64,000 bases of DNA from the human T2T-CHM13v2.0 reference genome, Homo sapiens, in the NCBI RefSeq assembly GCF_009914755.1, contig NC_060933.1; one strand, written 5' to 3'. The first letter of the stretch is position 1. Every line of letters starts with the position of its first letter. This document shows positions 1 to 12,619 of the stretch, piece by piece. The notes below the pieces were generated by a model that saw only the letters and a program-made list of their open reading frames with translations, did no database searches and was not told the DNA's origin. A program made the translations under genes and the position numbers.

Positions 1-660
1 ACTCAACTAATATTTATTAAGCCATTTCTATGTGTTAGATTTATAAATATGAATCTTATATTTTAGAGAGGAGGATAGTAGACAAGCAAAAATTTAAAAT
101 TTTAGTCTGAACTACTACTGTGGAAGAAGTTAAAAAAGGAGGGTGACGTAAGAGATAGTAGCAGGTTGGGGACTGAAAGGAGCAAAACTGTAGATTGGGT
201 AGTCATGGAAGTTGGTTTTTAGGAGCTGACATTTGAAAGGCGAGAAGGGGCTGGCTAGGAGAGCAGCTGGGGGAAAGAAAGAGGCATGGCAAGGAGAAGG
301 AGGAACAAGTTCTCAGATGCTAAAGAAGGAACCGTTTGCTGTGTTGGTGAAACGTGAAGGAAGCCAGTTTGGCTGGAGCACAAGGAAGTGCAGAGCAAAT
401 GATGTTCGAAAAGAGGGCAGGAGCCAGAGCCAGATCCGCAAGCCAAGGTGCAGAGCTTGGATCATAGTCTAAGAATAACAGAAAACTGTCAAAGGATTTT
501 AAGCAGGGGAGGGGCTTTCTCTGGTTTATCTTTCTAAAAGATTGCTTTGGTAGTTTTGAGGAGACTGAATGCAAGGAGAGTATAGTTGTAAGGAGCAGTT
601 AATAAATGACAGTGGTCATGATGGTGACAAAGAGGAAGGACAGATATGGAAGAGATACAA
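1..660 (+). mobile_element. Degenerate L2 fragment(s)
   Basis: L2-like motifs (tatttattaagccatttctatgtg; aaggattttaagcagggg; ttttgagagactg). Confidence 0.55.
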
Positions 661-1820
661 ATAAATTTCTTCATGCATAGTTTTCTGAGACCCCATCTAA
701 CTTGTAAATTAACTTAAAACAGACTTTTATTAATAATCTGACTATGAAATTCTTCTCTAAGAGGGGAAACATTTTAAAGTAAGTGGCAAGTTTTATGCAA
801 AAATACTTTCTATGTAACATTGTTTATCATGATGAAATATTAGGAGCAGCCCAAATGCCTAATAGTAGGGGCTTAGTTAAGAAAATTATGATGCATAAAA
901 ATAATATTTTTGAAAAATTCATTGACATAAAAATGTTTAGAATGTGATGTTAAAAAATGAATTCAGGTTGGTAATGAAGGGAGGAAAGGCTATAGACTTG
1001 GAGTCAAGAGTGTTTATGGAATATGTGTGTGTGGAGAGGACTTAGGAGGGGGATTTCTGGTGAATGATACAGAAGTAAAGATGAATAGGTAAAGCTATAC
1101 GAAATTTCAAGTAACCCTAAATGCCTTACCCAGAACAAACATAAGATTGCATGTATTCATTCCCTGATGCATGCCATCTGAACTTTCCAAGGTGGTCTAC
1201 ATTCAGCCTTTTATCAGGTCTTCACAATAATCTTCTGATGTAGGGCTTGGCATCCTCATTTTACAGAAGAGGAAACTGAAGTTCAGGGAGAACCAATGAT
1301 ACTTCCAAAGTCATGCAAGTTAAAACTGACTTGGGCTGGGATTAGCACTCAGACCTGTCTGACTTTAAGGTGACTGCTCTGTATCACTACAAAATGGTTT
1401 AAACCTGGGGTTTCCCATATGAGTTCCAAAAACGAATTCCATCATTTTCTTCTGCCTCAATTTGTGATCTGACAGCTTAACATGTAGAGCTTGGTTTTTT
1501 ACAGGATTCAAGATTTTACAAGATTAAGAATTAGACATCCTCTCAACAGATAGCAAACATCTACTATGTGTCAGGCACTGATTTAGGCCAGGAATGTAAA
1601 ATAATAAGACAATCCCTACCTTCAAATAACTCTCTGTCTAGCTAAGGAAAGAGCCAGACAAAAGACAATGATATCACACAAAAATGAATCTAGTGCTTAA
1701 TACATGTATAAAGGAAAGCTGGGAGGATTCAGTGAATTGTGACTGTGACAATCAACAACGTCTTCATAGAAATGTGCCATGCATGTTAAGCTTGAAAAGA
1801 CAGGTAGAATTTCATTAGTG

Positions 1821-1858
1821 TATCAGGTTGGTGCAAAAGTAATAGCACCAACATAATA
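1821..1858. mobile_element. Internally deleted MADE1 (Hsmar1 MITE) remnant
   Basis: tatcaggttggtgcaaaagtaat...gcaccaacataata: both Hsmar1-type termini with TA flanks, middle missing. Confidence 0.75.
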
Positions 1859-1859
1859 G

Positions 1860-2095
1860 TACATAGTCGTTAAGTTAAAAGGTTTGAGACTCAGACTGCC
1901 AGGTTCTCCCTGGCCCCACCACTTACTAGAATGTCCCCTCAGACAGATTACAATAGCTGTTTGTACCTTAGTGAAATTATCTGTAAAATGGGAATTACCA
2001 CTGTACCTGCTTCATAGGGTTGCTGTGAGGATCAAATGACATAAGATGCATATATCATTTAAGCTGTTTCTTGGAATAAGTTAAGAGTCAATAAC
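1860..2095 (+). mobile_element. MIR
   Basis: MIR core (ctgtaaaatggg...cctgcttcatagggttgctgtgaggatcaaatga). Many further MIRs across the window are not listed individually. Confidence 0.75.
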
Positions 2096-2344
2096 CCTTA
2101 GGGGCCAGAGAGGTGGTTTCATGCAGAGAGCATGGCATGGGAAACAGCACTGAGGACAGAGCACAACAATCTAGGAAAGACAGTGGAGAATAGAGCTCTG
2201 TGTGGCTTTGAGTGTCATGTTCATAGCCTGAACATGTGTGAAGGTGCTAGATAACCACTGAAGCTGTGGGAAAAGGGGGATGACCTGATCAGAGCCAAGT
2301 TACAGGAAATGGAGAAGTGAGAGGCAAGAAGAGGAGACTACTAG

Positions 2345-2388
2345 TTTTTCTATCTACTCAGCTAGAGACTACTGAGTAGATAGAAAAA
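2345..2388. repeat. Perfect 17-bp inverted repeat with 10-nt spacer
   Basis: tttttctatctactcag (2345-2361) / ctgagtagatagaaaaa (2372-2388). Confidence 0.95.
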
Positions 2389-2453
2389 AAAATGGTTTGG
2401 AAATTAAGCAGTGACAAGTTGATTTCCTTCATATACGAAGTCACATAGATGGT

Positions 2454-2658
2454 AGAAGAAGAAAGAAGGGATGAAGAGAAGGAGGAGGAGGAAGAGAAGT
2501 AGGAGGAGATGAAGATGAAGGAGGAAGAGATGTAGAAGGAGAAAGAGGAGGAGGAGGAAGAGGAGGAGGAAAAGGAGGAGGAGGGGAGGAGAGAAGAGAA
2601 GAGAAGGAGAAGGAGAAGGAGAAGAAGCAGCAGCAGAGGAAAAGGAGCAGGAAGAAAA
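2454..2658 (+). repeat. GA-rich low-complexity tract ((GGA)n/(GAA)n)
   Basis: About 200 nt of almost pure purines. Confidence 0.95.
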
Positions 2659-3253
2659 TATCTGCTTTTTAATAAATGCTGGGTTAGGCACTGTGCTGAG
2701 TTATTCTTACAACCCTGTGAGACAGGAGTGGCTTGGAGAAGTAGAGTGATTTGCCCTGAGTGACATAGCTAGGTAGCAGCAGAAACAAAAGTTGAATTAA
2801 TTCTATCTAATTTACAATACCACTCTTGATCATTCTGTTATTCAGCCTGCTAAAAAGTAGGCGCAGACCCCTGTTTCTGGCTCCCAGACTGAGGATGTCT
2901 CCTACTAGAATGTTCTGCCACTTTGTACTCTCTGACCGGCAACAACTTAAAGAACATCTACTTTGCAGAGGTCCTGGTGCTACACACTTTCCATATATAG
3001 TTGCTAATCTCAATCACTGTAAAATTTATACTATCCATTCTCATTCTCAGTTGAGGCACCTGGGGCTCAGAGAGGTTAGCTCTGGGTGTAGGGAGCATAG
3101 GTCTGCAGCCTCCAAGGGGATTTATCAGGGAGAAAGTGGCACAAGTTTTATGAGCACAGGGAAGCAAGGGAAGAATGCACAGATCTCCCTAGCATCTTTG
3201 GAATCAGAGGACAACCTTCTGACTTCCTGGCCAGATGTGCCAGGAGGGCCTAC

Positions 3254-3406
3254 CTCGAGACTTGCTCCTCCGCTTCCTCTTCCCTGCCGATGTGCTGCGC
3301 AGGGGTGGTTGCAGCTGACCGATCTCGATGGGCGTGTTAGCGCGGAAACTCTCCTTGAACTTCTGCATCAGGGACTCCACTGTCTCCTGAGTCGCCTCAG
3401 CTGCTG
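3254..3406 (-). CDS. ASTN2: Astrotactin-2 internal coding exon (probably exon 4), 153 nt, symmetric phase 1-1
   Basis: Minus strand reads tag|CA GCA GCT GAG GCG ACT CAG GAG ACA GTG GAG TCC CTG ATG CAG AAG TTC...AAG TCT CGA G|gtaggc. Acceptor AG at 3408-3407, donor GT at 3253-3252. The peptide EATQETVESLMQKFKESFRANTPIEIGQLQPPLRSTSAGKRKRRSKSR matches human ASTN2 as recalled. CpG-rich relative to flanks. Confidence 0.93.
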
Positions 3407-3420
3407 CTATAAGGTAGCAA

Positions 3421-3513
3421 TGGGGCTGAGGTTAGGGCTTGAGCCCACCCTCAGCCCCTAGAGCACTGGGGCTGAGGTTAGGGCTTGAGCCCACCTTCAG
3501 CCCCTAGAGCACT
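3421..3513. repeat. 46-bp tandem duplication (2 copies, 1 mismatch), each copy an inverted repeat
   Basis: tggggctgaggttagggcttgagcccacc(c/t)tcagcccctagagcac at 3421-3466 and 3467-3512. Confidence 0.97.
3431..3435 (-). promoter_or_regulatory. Predicted branch point (CTAAC; branch A at 3432, 26 nt upstream of the exon)
   Basis: Plus-strand gttag = minus CTAAC, fits yUnAy at a typical distance. A second copy lies at 3477-3481. Confidence 0.7.
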
Positions 3514-5529
3514 AGACCTGGCCACCCTAATTCCTTGAAACTCCCTCCCTGACCCATTGAAGATATAGAATCAAAACCTTGCAGTCTAACTGCAGATGTA
3601 TCTGTTGGATTACATACTTATGTATTCAACATTTACTACGTTCCAGGTACTGCTCTAGGCCCTTGAGACTAGAGGGCTTGGTCGTGAAATGTGAGACACA
3701 ATTCATTATTCAAGTAATTCTTAGTTCAGTAGGAGACATATCCAGACAATTCTAACATTGTGCAATATTTTTGCAATAGAAGAGTACAAAATTCCAAAGG
3801 ATCACTGAAAAGGGTCATCACACCCATCTGAGAATCAAAATAGGCTTCCAGAAGGAGGCAATATTTAGGATGAGACCTTAAAGATGAGTAAGAATTAGTA
3901 AAGAAAGCAGGATCAGGGTGAGGTTGGACAGACCAGAGAAGACAGCGTCCTGGATGGAAGGAGAAGCATGTGTGATGATCTGAAACGAGAAGGAGCACGG
4001 ATGCTTGAGCATTGGAAAGTAATTTATGGTAGTTACAAGAGAGCTTGCAAAGAGGAGGCTTATGGGAGATGAGATTGGAGTGATAAAGACATCTGGTAGG
4101 CCACATTTAGGAGTATAAATTTTATCCTAATGGCAAAAGGTATCACCAAAAGGTTTTAAACAGAAAATCTATGTGTTCAAATTAAATCACTTTGAAAACA
4201 ATCACTAACTAAAGTATGGAGAATGCAAACTGAAGGAGGAAAGGAGGCCTGGACTGAGGCTTTGGAAGTAGCCAGTCAAAGGCAATGGTGGTCTGAACCA
4301 GGGCAGTGGCAGCGAAGGTGACACAATATCTTAGGAGACACAACCACAGTACTGTGGATATGTCGATCACTTAGCAACATATACCCATTTTATTGAGGGG
4401 ATGTTGAAGCCCCAAAACACAATATATGTCTTGCTCCAAGATAGGAAATGGCAGAGTCAAGCCTTCTAACACCTTGTCCAATATTCGGTTTGCACCAATA
4501 CCTTCCAATGAATTGTTAGTAGCCACATTTCCAAAAAAGTTTCAAAGTTGAAACTGGTAGAAAGTTCAGTACATGGAGAAAGTAAGGTCAGAAGGGCAGA
4601 GAGAAAAAGTTGGAAGATAAAAGGAAAAAAATAACAGAAAAGCTTGAGAAGGAAGGAGGCAACATAAAAGGCAAGAAGAGAAAACCAAAAAGAAGAAAAG
4701 AAAAATTGCTGAATAGCCTCAGTGCCTTTGTTCTGAGAAATTCCCAAAGACAGCCCTGACTTTGAAATCTTCAAACTCATCCCTCCCTCCATCTGTGTCT
4801 CCAGAGGCTGGGAAATTTCTTCTTCAGTTTGAGCTAGCTGCTGTCTGATGCCAAGAGATGGGATGTGCCAACAATTTCTGTTTCTTTGAAGGGGCTTCAT
4901 CAGACTAGACAAAGAAGGCTCCTGAACAACCCAGTACCCATTTCTAAGGCGCTCCTGTTTTCTCAGGGAAGCTTATCAGGTTAGACAGATGTGTCTGCAG
5001 AGTAAGTCAGACCTAGAGGGCTTGTTCTGGTATTGGGTTCTGTGAGAAGTCCCATCTTGAGGGTTATAGGGAAAAGGTATGATTGCTAAGGTAAAAAGAC
5101 AATTGACAATACAAATGAATCATGTGGTGGCATTGGTTTCCTCATCTGTCTCCCTTGCTATCTCTCTCCACAGATATCTTAATTAGGTGTACTTGAAGAA
5201 ACCAAGAAGATTCCAGACATGGGGTCCCTTCTTCAAGCCTGGGATGAAGAATCCTTCAGCTATAGCCTGCAGTATGACTCTGAGAAGCAATGTCATGCCA
5301 AGTTTTGATTCCGTAAACCCAGAGAGAAAAGTGCTTTGCCCAATAGATGGGCTATACTTTGGTCAAAAGTCCAGAATAAGCCACAGTTTGGAATCCTCGA
5401 AGGGAATGACCCACACAGGATCTGTCAATATTCATTCATTCATTCATTTCTCCACTTATTCATTGATTCATTCATTCAACAGAATTTACAGAAAAAAACA
5501 TTACATACCAATGCTGAGAACCAAAGACA

Positions 5530-5865
5530 TAGCTTAGCTTGGGCTACCATAACAAAATATCATAGTCTGGTTGTCTTAAACAACAGACATTTATTTTTTT
5601 CACAGTTATGGAGGCTGAAAGTCCAACATCAGGGTGCCATGGTTTTGGTGAGATTTCTCTTCCTGGCTTACAGATGGCCACCTTCTCCTCCCTGTGTCCT
5701 CACTCGGTGGGGGAGCAGGGAAAGAGAGAGAGAAAGAGAGAGAGAAAAAAAAAACCTCTCCCTTCCTCTTTTGATAAGGCCAAAGTTCAATCAGATCAGG
5801 GCCCCTTCTTATGACCTCATTTAACTTTAATTACCTCCCAAAGATCCTATCTCCAGACACAGTCA
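5530..5865 (-). mobile_element. MaLR LTR (MLT1 family)
   Basis: ccataacaaaatatcatag...cttaaacaacagacatttatt...ggaggctgaaagtccaacatcaggg...tatgacctcatttaac. Confidence 0.8.
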
Positions 5866-5867
5866 GC

Positions 5868-6228
5868 CACGGATTGAATTGTGTTCCCTCCTTCCCCAAT
5901 TTATATGTTGGAGCCTTAACTCCCAGTGTGACTGTATTTGGAGGTGAGGGTTTTAGCAGGTAATTAAGGTTAGATGAAGTCATAAGAGTGGGATCCCAAT
6001 CTGATAGGATAGGTGGCCTTATAAACAGGGTAAGAAAGAAAGACCCCACTCTCTTTCTATGGACACAGACTGAGGGAAGGCTGTGAGAGGACACAGTGAG
6101 GGGTGGCATCTGCAGGCCAGGAAGAGGGCCCTCACCAGAACTCGAACATGCTAGCACCTTGATCTTGACTTTTCAGCCTCCAGAAGTACGAGAAAATAAA
6201 TTTCTCTCGTTTAAGGCACCCAGTCTAC
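5868..6228 (+). mobile_element. MaLR LTR (MLT1A/B-like)
   Basis: ggattgaattgtgttccc...tatgttggagccttaactcccagtgtgactgtatttgga...aataaatttctc. Confidence 0.8.
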
Positions 6229-6315
6229 AGGTTAAGCTTCCCTAATCCGAAAATCTGAAATCCGAAATGTTCCAAAATCTGAAACATTTTGAGCATGGAC
6301 ATGATGTTTGAATGT
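6229..6315 (+). mobile_element. Tigger4a/MER46-like DNA transposon fragment
   Basis: caggttaagcttccctaatccgaaaatctgaaatccgaaatgttccaaaatctgaaac. Confidence 0.75.
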
Positions 6316-6325
6316 TATTCTCTAA

Positions 6326-6445
6326 GGCAAGCTTGTCCAACCTGCGGCCCAGGGGCCACAGGCAGCCCAGGACAGCTTTGAATGCAGCCCAATGCAAATT
6401 CATAAACTTCCATAAAACATTATGAGATTTGAATTTCTTTTGCTC
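6326..6445. mobile_element. MER30-like hAT fragment
   Basis: ttgtccaacctgcggccc...gcccaggacagctttgaatgcagcccaa...aaattcataaact. Confidence 0.7.
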
Positions 6446-6588
6446 AGAAGGTAGAGAATGATTGATAAGGGAAAAGGAGGGATTAAGGATGACTCCTGGG
6501 TCTCCTGGCTTGCACAGATACGGATGACAGTTCCTCAGTAAGAGGAGGAACACTGTAAGAGATGACATTTGAGAGGAGTGAACACTAG

Positions 6589-6893
<305 letters not shown>

Positions 6894-6894
6894 T

Positions 6895-7040
6895 CTTTTT
6901 TTTTAAAAACTTTTATTTTAGACTCAGGGGTACAAGTACAGGTTTGTTATGTAGGTAAACTGTGTGTCATGGGAGGTTGGTGTGCAGAGTATTTTATCAC
7001 CCAGGTAATAAGCATAGTACTTGATAGGGAGTTTTTCTAT
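6895..7040 (-). mobile_element. L1 3' end fragment
   Basis: ttttattttagactcaggggtacaagtacaggtttgttatgtaggtaaactg. Confidence 0.75.
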
Positions 7041-7256
7041 ATGGAAACCTCAGAATGTCTTTGAGACATCTAAGTGGAGATGCTGGGTAGACAGTGAGTT
7101 ATGTGGATCACACATGCACAGGAGAGAGCTGGACGCTCTGGAGACTCAATACCCGCATTCCTTGGAAAAGGTAGACAGTGAATGTGGGTAGTGGCTGAGA
7201 ACATGAGCTTCTGTGCTGGCAGAGCAGAGGCAGCAGAACCTGTACTCATTCCTAGC

Positions 7257-7718
7257 TTGTGCTGGCTGTTCTCCATTTACACTCCCAGATCCACCCTTCA
7301 CCCTCTGGGCTGTGTCACCCGCTCCTTGTTAGATGGCTACTAGTTGGGTTTGGCCCGTGGGATGCCCCAGAAAGATATGGGAGGAATTTGAAGGTATTTC
7401 TTTCCTTGTTCCTTTCCTGTTTCAGTACCATGTTTCTGACAGAGACTGAGATTCTCAACAATTACAGCTTTCTGCCCAGTGTCCCTTTTCCACAGTCCCA
7501 GTTCTCACAGGGTCCAATAAAACCATGTCTCCCTGCCTTTTCAGTTCTAGGAATCAGTAGTGGCTTCCTGACATTTCTTGTCCTGGTACCTTGAAATTCC
7601 TATGTTGATTCTTTTTACTTTGCCTACACCTCTATAAATAGCCACTTCATTGAATTCTTTTTAAAAAAATCCCATTTGAAGATGTGTTCTTTGTCTAGCT
7701 GGGACCTTGACTGATATA
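7257..7718. mobile_element. ERVL LTR (LTR33-like)
   Basis: Ends in gctgggaccttgactgatata; internal ctagttgggtttggcc motif. Confidence 0.5.
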
Positions 7719-8579
7719 TCATTCAGCTTCCCTCTCTTTTTTTTCATGGCTCTGACATTCAGCAATTCCTAAAGGTCAGCCTCTTTCCATTTTGCAATTT
7801 CTGTCTTCTTTCTTCTAAGCTGATACAGATTTGAGTGGCTGGGAAAAGAAGGCACACAGAGAAGGAAGGGGTGATCCCCTGAGCTGCAAGGGTTTCTAAT
7901 CCCCACTGTAGCAAATCCCATCCATCTGTTTGGCTGCTCTTGCCTCAGTGACAGTGCCAAGAGCCCAGGCAGACTTAGAGGGGGAAGTGCTTTGCAAACC
8001 TCTCCATGGCCAATTTCATCCTGCATACAACTCCCCCTATCCCTGATCCCTCCCGACCCCATTCAGCAGCTCTATCGATATCAGTATATCAAGTTGTCCA
8101 AACAAGCCACATTACCTCCTGGTACCCGCTGAGCTCTGACTCCCCAGAGCGGCAAAATGCTCACCCATCGCCTGGATGAATGCAACAGATGCTGCTTGAT
8201 CTGAGCATCGCGGCAGGCCCAGGAAAGGGAGGGAGAGGAGGGGAACACTGCCTCTTTCTAATTGACATATAAGAGATTGTCAAGCTTAATGGTAATAAAC
8301 CACTGGGGCCTAAGGAAGAAAGCCCTGGTCCCCAAGCCAAGCTAGAGAGAGAGGACAGGAAAGGAAAAGACAGGATGGAAGAGGAGAGAAAAAAAAAAAA
8401 AAAACAAGAATAAAAGAGATAACTGTGCTCAGTAATAAAGAAGAGAAGACAAGAAAGAGGGGGTCTAAGATGAGTGGGAAGAAGCAGAGAGGCAGAACAC
8501 AGAAGGGAAGGACTAAAAAGGACAGGCGAGGAGACATGGAAAAGAAAACAAGAAAAAGAAGAAGGCATAGAAGTTCATG

Positions 8580-8978
8580 GTGAGGGATACAAGACTACAA
8601 ACTGGGTTCAGTGTATACCGCTCGGGCAATGAGTGCACCAAAATCCCACAGATTACCAGTAAAGAATTTACTCATGTAATGTAATACCACCTGTTCTATG
8701 AGAAAAAAAATTAAAAGGATAGAAGGACTAAGTTCTAGTGTTCTATAGTGCTGTAGGGTGACTGTAGTAAACAATAATTTATTGTATTTTTTCAAATAGC
8801 TAGAAGAGAGGATTTTGAATGTTCCTAACTCAAAGAAATGACCAAGCTTTGAGGTGATGGATATGCTAATTACCCTAATTTGATCATTGCACATTATGAG
8901 CATATATCAAAATATCATACCGTACCCCATAAGTCTGTACAATTATTATGTGTTCATTAATATTATTTTTAAAAATAA
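8580..8978 (+). mobile_element. Two adjacent L1 3' ends (L1PB-like, then L1MA-like)
   Basis: ctacaaactgggttcagtgtataccgctcggg...; gaggtgatggatatgctaattaccctaatttgatcattgcacatt. Confidence 0.8.
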
Positions 8979-9148
8979 GGGATAAAAGGGGGTGGACCCT
9001 GAGTCATTTTGCAAAGGCATAAGTGTTGTATGGGTTTCCAGATACCAGGCAAGCCTTAGCTTCTACCCTGGAGAAGAGGCACTACACATTATGTCTACAC
9101 TGATACTCAAAAACTGTACACTTAAACTGTATATTTAAACTGTCATCC

Positions 9149-9527
<379 letters not shown>

Positions 9528-10559
9528 TCACATTTCTTGAGCACCAACTTTTTGCTAGGTAGGGAGCCTGGTATTTCCTTATGGTTTCTCACTTGTTCCC
9601 CCTAACAACCTGGAAAGTTAAGTATTAATAATTTCTGTTCAGAGATGAGGATAGCAAGACTCAGAAATGTTACATGGTTTTTCCAGGTCATGCAGCTTAG
9701 GGACGATAGAACTGGGATTTGGACTCAGGTTATGGTGACTCCAATGCTCTGGCCTTATCTGTTGCTGCACTCTATAAGTACTCCCTCTCTGGTTGGCTGG
9801 AGATGGGTATGTTAATCTTGGAGTTTGGATGTGACATTTCTGGGCCTGGATGGTGGCTCTGATAGCTTAGCTCCTCTTCAGATCATCTAGGCAAAGAGCC
9901 CTAGGAAATCTGGTGCTGCCTGAAACCAGTGAGTGGCTTGACTTGATTGGAGATTAGCCTGTTATGCCAGTGGACCCTTGCTCAAGACTGTCCACCATGG
10001 AGGTTCCAGGGTTGACCCATGTCTCACTGCAGAACTGTACTAAGAGAACCAAGAAGCAAATGGACATTGACCATATTGCCTAGTGCAGGTGAGAAATCTC
10101 ACTCGAGTTCCAGTATCAACTCTCCATGTGCATGGCCTTGAGTTACTTCTTTCACTTTTGCAACCCCTGGTATCCTCCTCTGTAAATGTCTGCAGGGTTC
10201 TTGGGACGATTAAATGTAATTATGTACAAAAAATGTCTAACAGAGCTTCTAGAACATAGTAAATGCTCAAGAAAGAGTAGTCATTACTCATCTTTCTCTC
10301 ACTAACCTGTCAGCTTCATGACATTTCATTTAACTCATTCTTTCTCATTCATTTTGAAATTTTTGGTGTCATAAAATAGCCACTTTGCAAACTTTCTTAG
10401 AAATTATACATTCCCCCTTTCATTCAAATGTGAAAATAGAGGCACCAAGAGATAAACTCATCATAAAGTTAGCAGCAGACCAAGGTCTAGCACTCAAATC
10501 TCCTATTCCACTACTCCTCCCTGCTTTCCCAAGTTTTAGGATAATTTTAACCTCAGATC

Positions 10560-11415
<856 letters not shown>

Positions 11416-12619
11416 ACCTCAGTTTGTGTCCTCGGGCTTTGGACTTTGCACAGTCAAATGCCAGGACTGGGGACAAGGTGATAAGAGAAGACATCTTAGT
11501 CCTAAGGTACACCTAAGCTGGGAAGACCCAACATAAATGCAAAAAAAACCATCCAATTTGGAAATTGTGAGAGTCCATTCATTGCATACAATATTCCATC
11601 TTATATAGGAGTCACCTTTTCCTGAAAATACTAAGAAAGAAAACAACAAGCAACTAGCGTTCCTTAGGCAGATGAGAATGCTTCATGACTAGAATAAATT
11701 TAAAACCCAAGCACACATTTTTAAAAAATGGCTCCCTCTTTCCAACTCTCAGGGGTAAAAATTGATGGATTGAATTTTCTCTCATTTTAGTTTTTCCTCC
11801 TGCACATTTTCTTAAACCTTTGGTGCCTGGCATAGCTTATCTTCAAGCAAGCGTCTGCAGACAAGACAAATGAACAAAAAGGAGCAAATATAAATTGGAA
11901 AACTTGGGAATAGCCTTTTCTTATATACAAGATCTTGGGCCTGTCAGTTAATACTGCAGACTTGTAGGGTGGTCATGATTTCTGCTAGGAGAACTGCATT
12001 GAGTTTGAATGATGGAATTAAATTTAGCGATATTTTTCTCTGTTCTGTTAAAAACACAATACCTTCCAGGTTCTCTGGAGCTGGCTTCACAGTCCCTAGC
12101 CAGAACACAGATGGTCTCTAAGATTCCCTCCGGTTCCATCATCCTGTGTTCCTAAATGTAAATGAATGTGCTTTCATGAAGATGAATGCAATAAATACAA
12201 TTGCATTCTTCAGTACGCAAAACACTTTCACCTCCCTCAACTAATGTTATCCTTACAAACTGAACTTCCACGTTACAGAGACCAGAAAGGTAATGGACAT
12301 CCCAAAGGTTGGGCTGGAGTTGATACTATAGGCCCACAAATCCTTTTTGAGGAAAAAAGGGTCAAGTAAGTAGACATCTTCGGTCTAAGGCTTCTGGGTC
12401 ACTTCATTACCACCTTGATAGCAATGTGCAGGAAGCAAAGGCTTTGAAATCAACCACAGTCTCTTACCAGCTGTGAGACTTGGGCAAATAACTTAACACT
12501 CAGAGTCTCAGCTCTCCTAACTGTTAAAATGAGGCTTGCAATTCCAAATCTAATAAGCTGGTTTAGGATTAACTGAGATGCTAAATGCATATCAGAGTGT
12601 CTGATACAGAGTAAGCACA

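Noticed and set aside
2345-2392. Rho-independent terminator-like hairpin with T run
   Set aside because: Not a bacterial context; kept only as an inverted repeat.
2404-2691. Leu/Phe-rich 95-aa ORF resembling a membrane protein
   Set aside because: Translation of the GA-rich simple repeat.
2826-3461. 211-aa plus-strand ORF
   Set aside because: Antisense shadow of the ASTN2 exon plus MIR-like sequence; TTG start and no recognisable protein.
3421-3513. CRISPR-like palindromic repeats or a pre-miRNA
   Set aside because: Eukaryotic intron, only two abutting copies and no spacers; each hairpin (37 nt) is too short for a canonical pre-miRNA.
8165-8208. Kozak-like GCCGCGATG with a downstream donor as an alternative coding first exon
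   Set aside because: ATG to donor is 44 nt (phase 2), out of frame with the phase-1 ASTN2 exon, and there is no promoter or CpG-island evidence.
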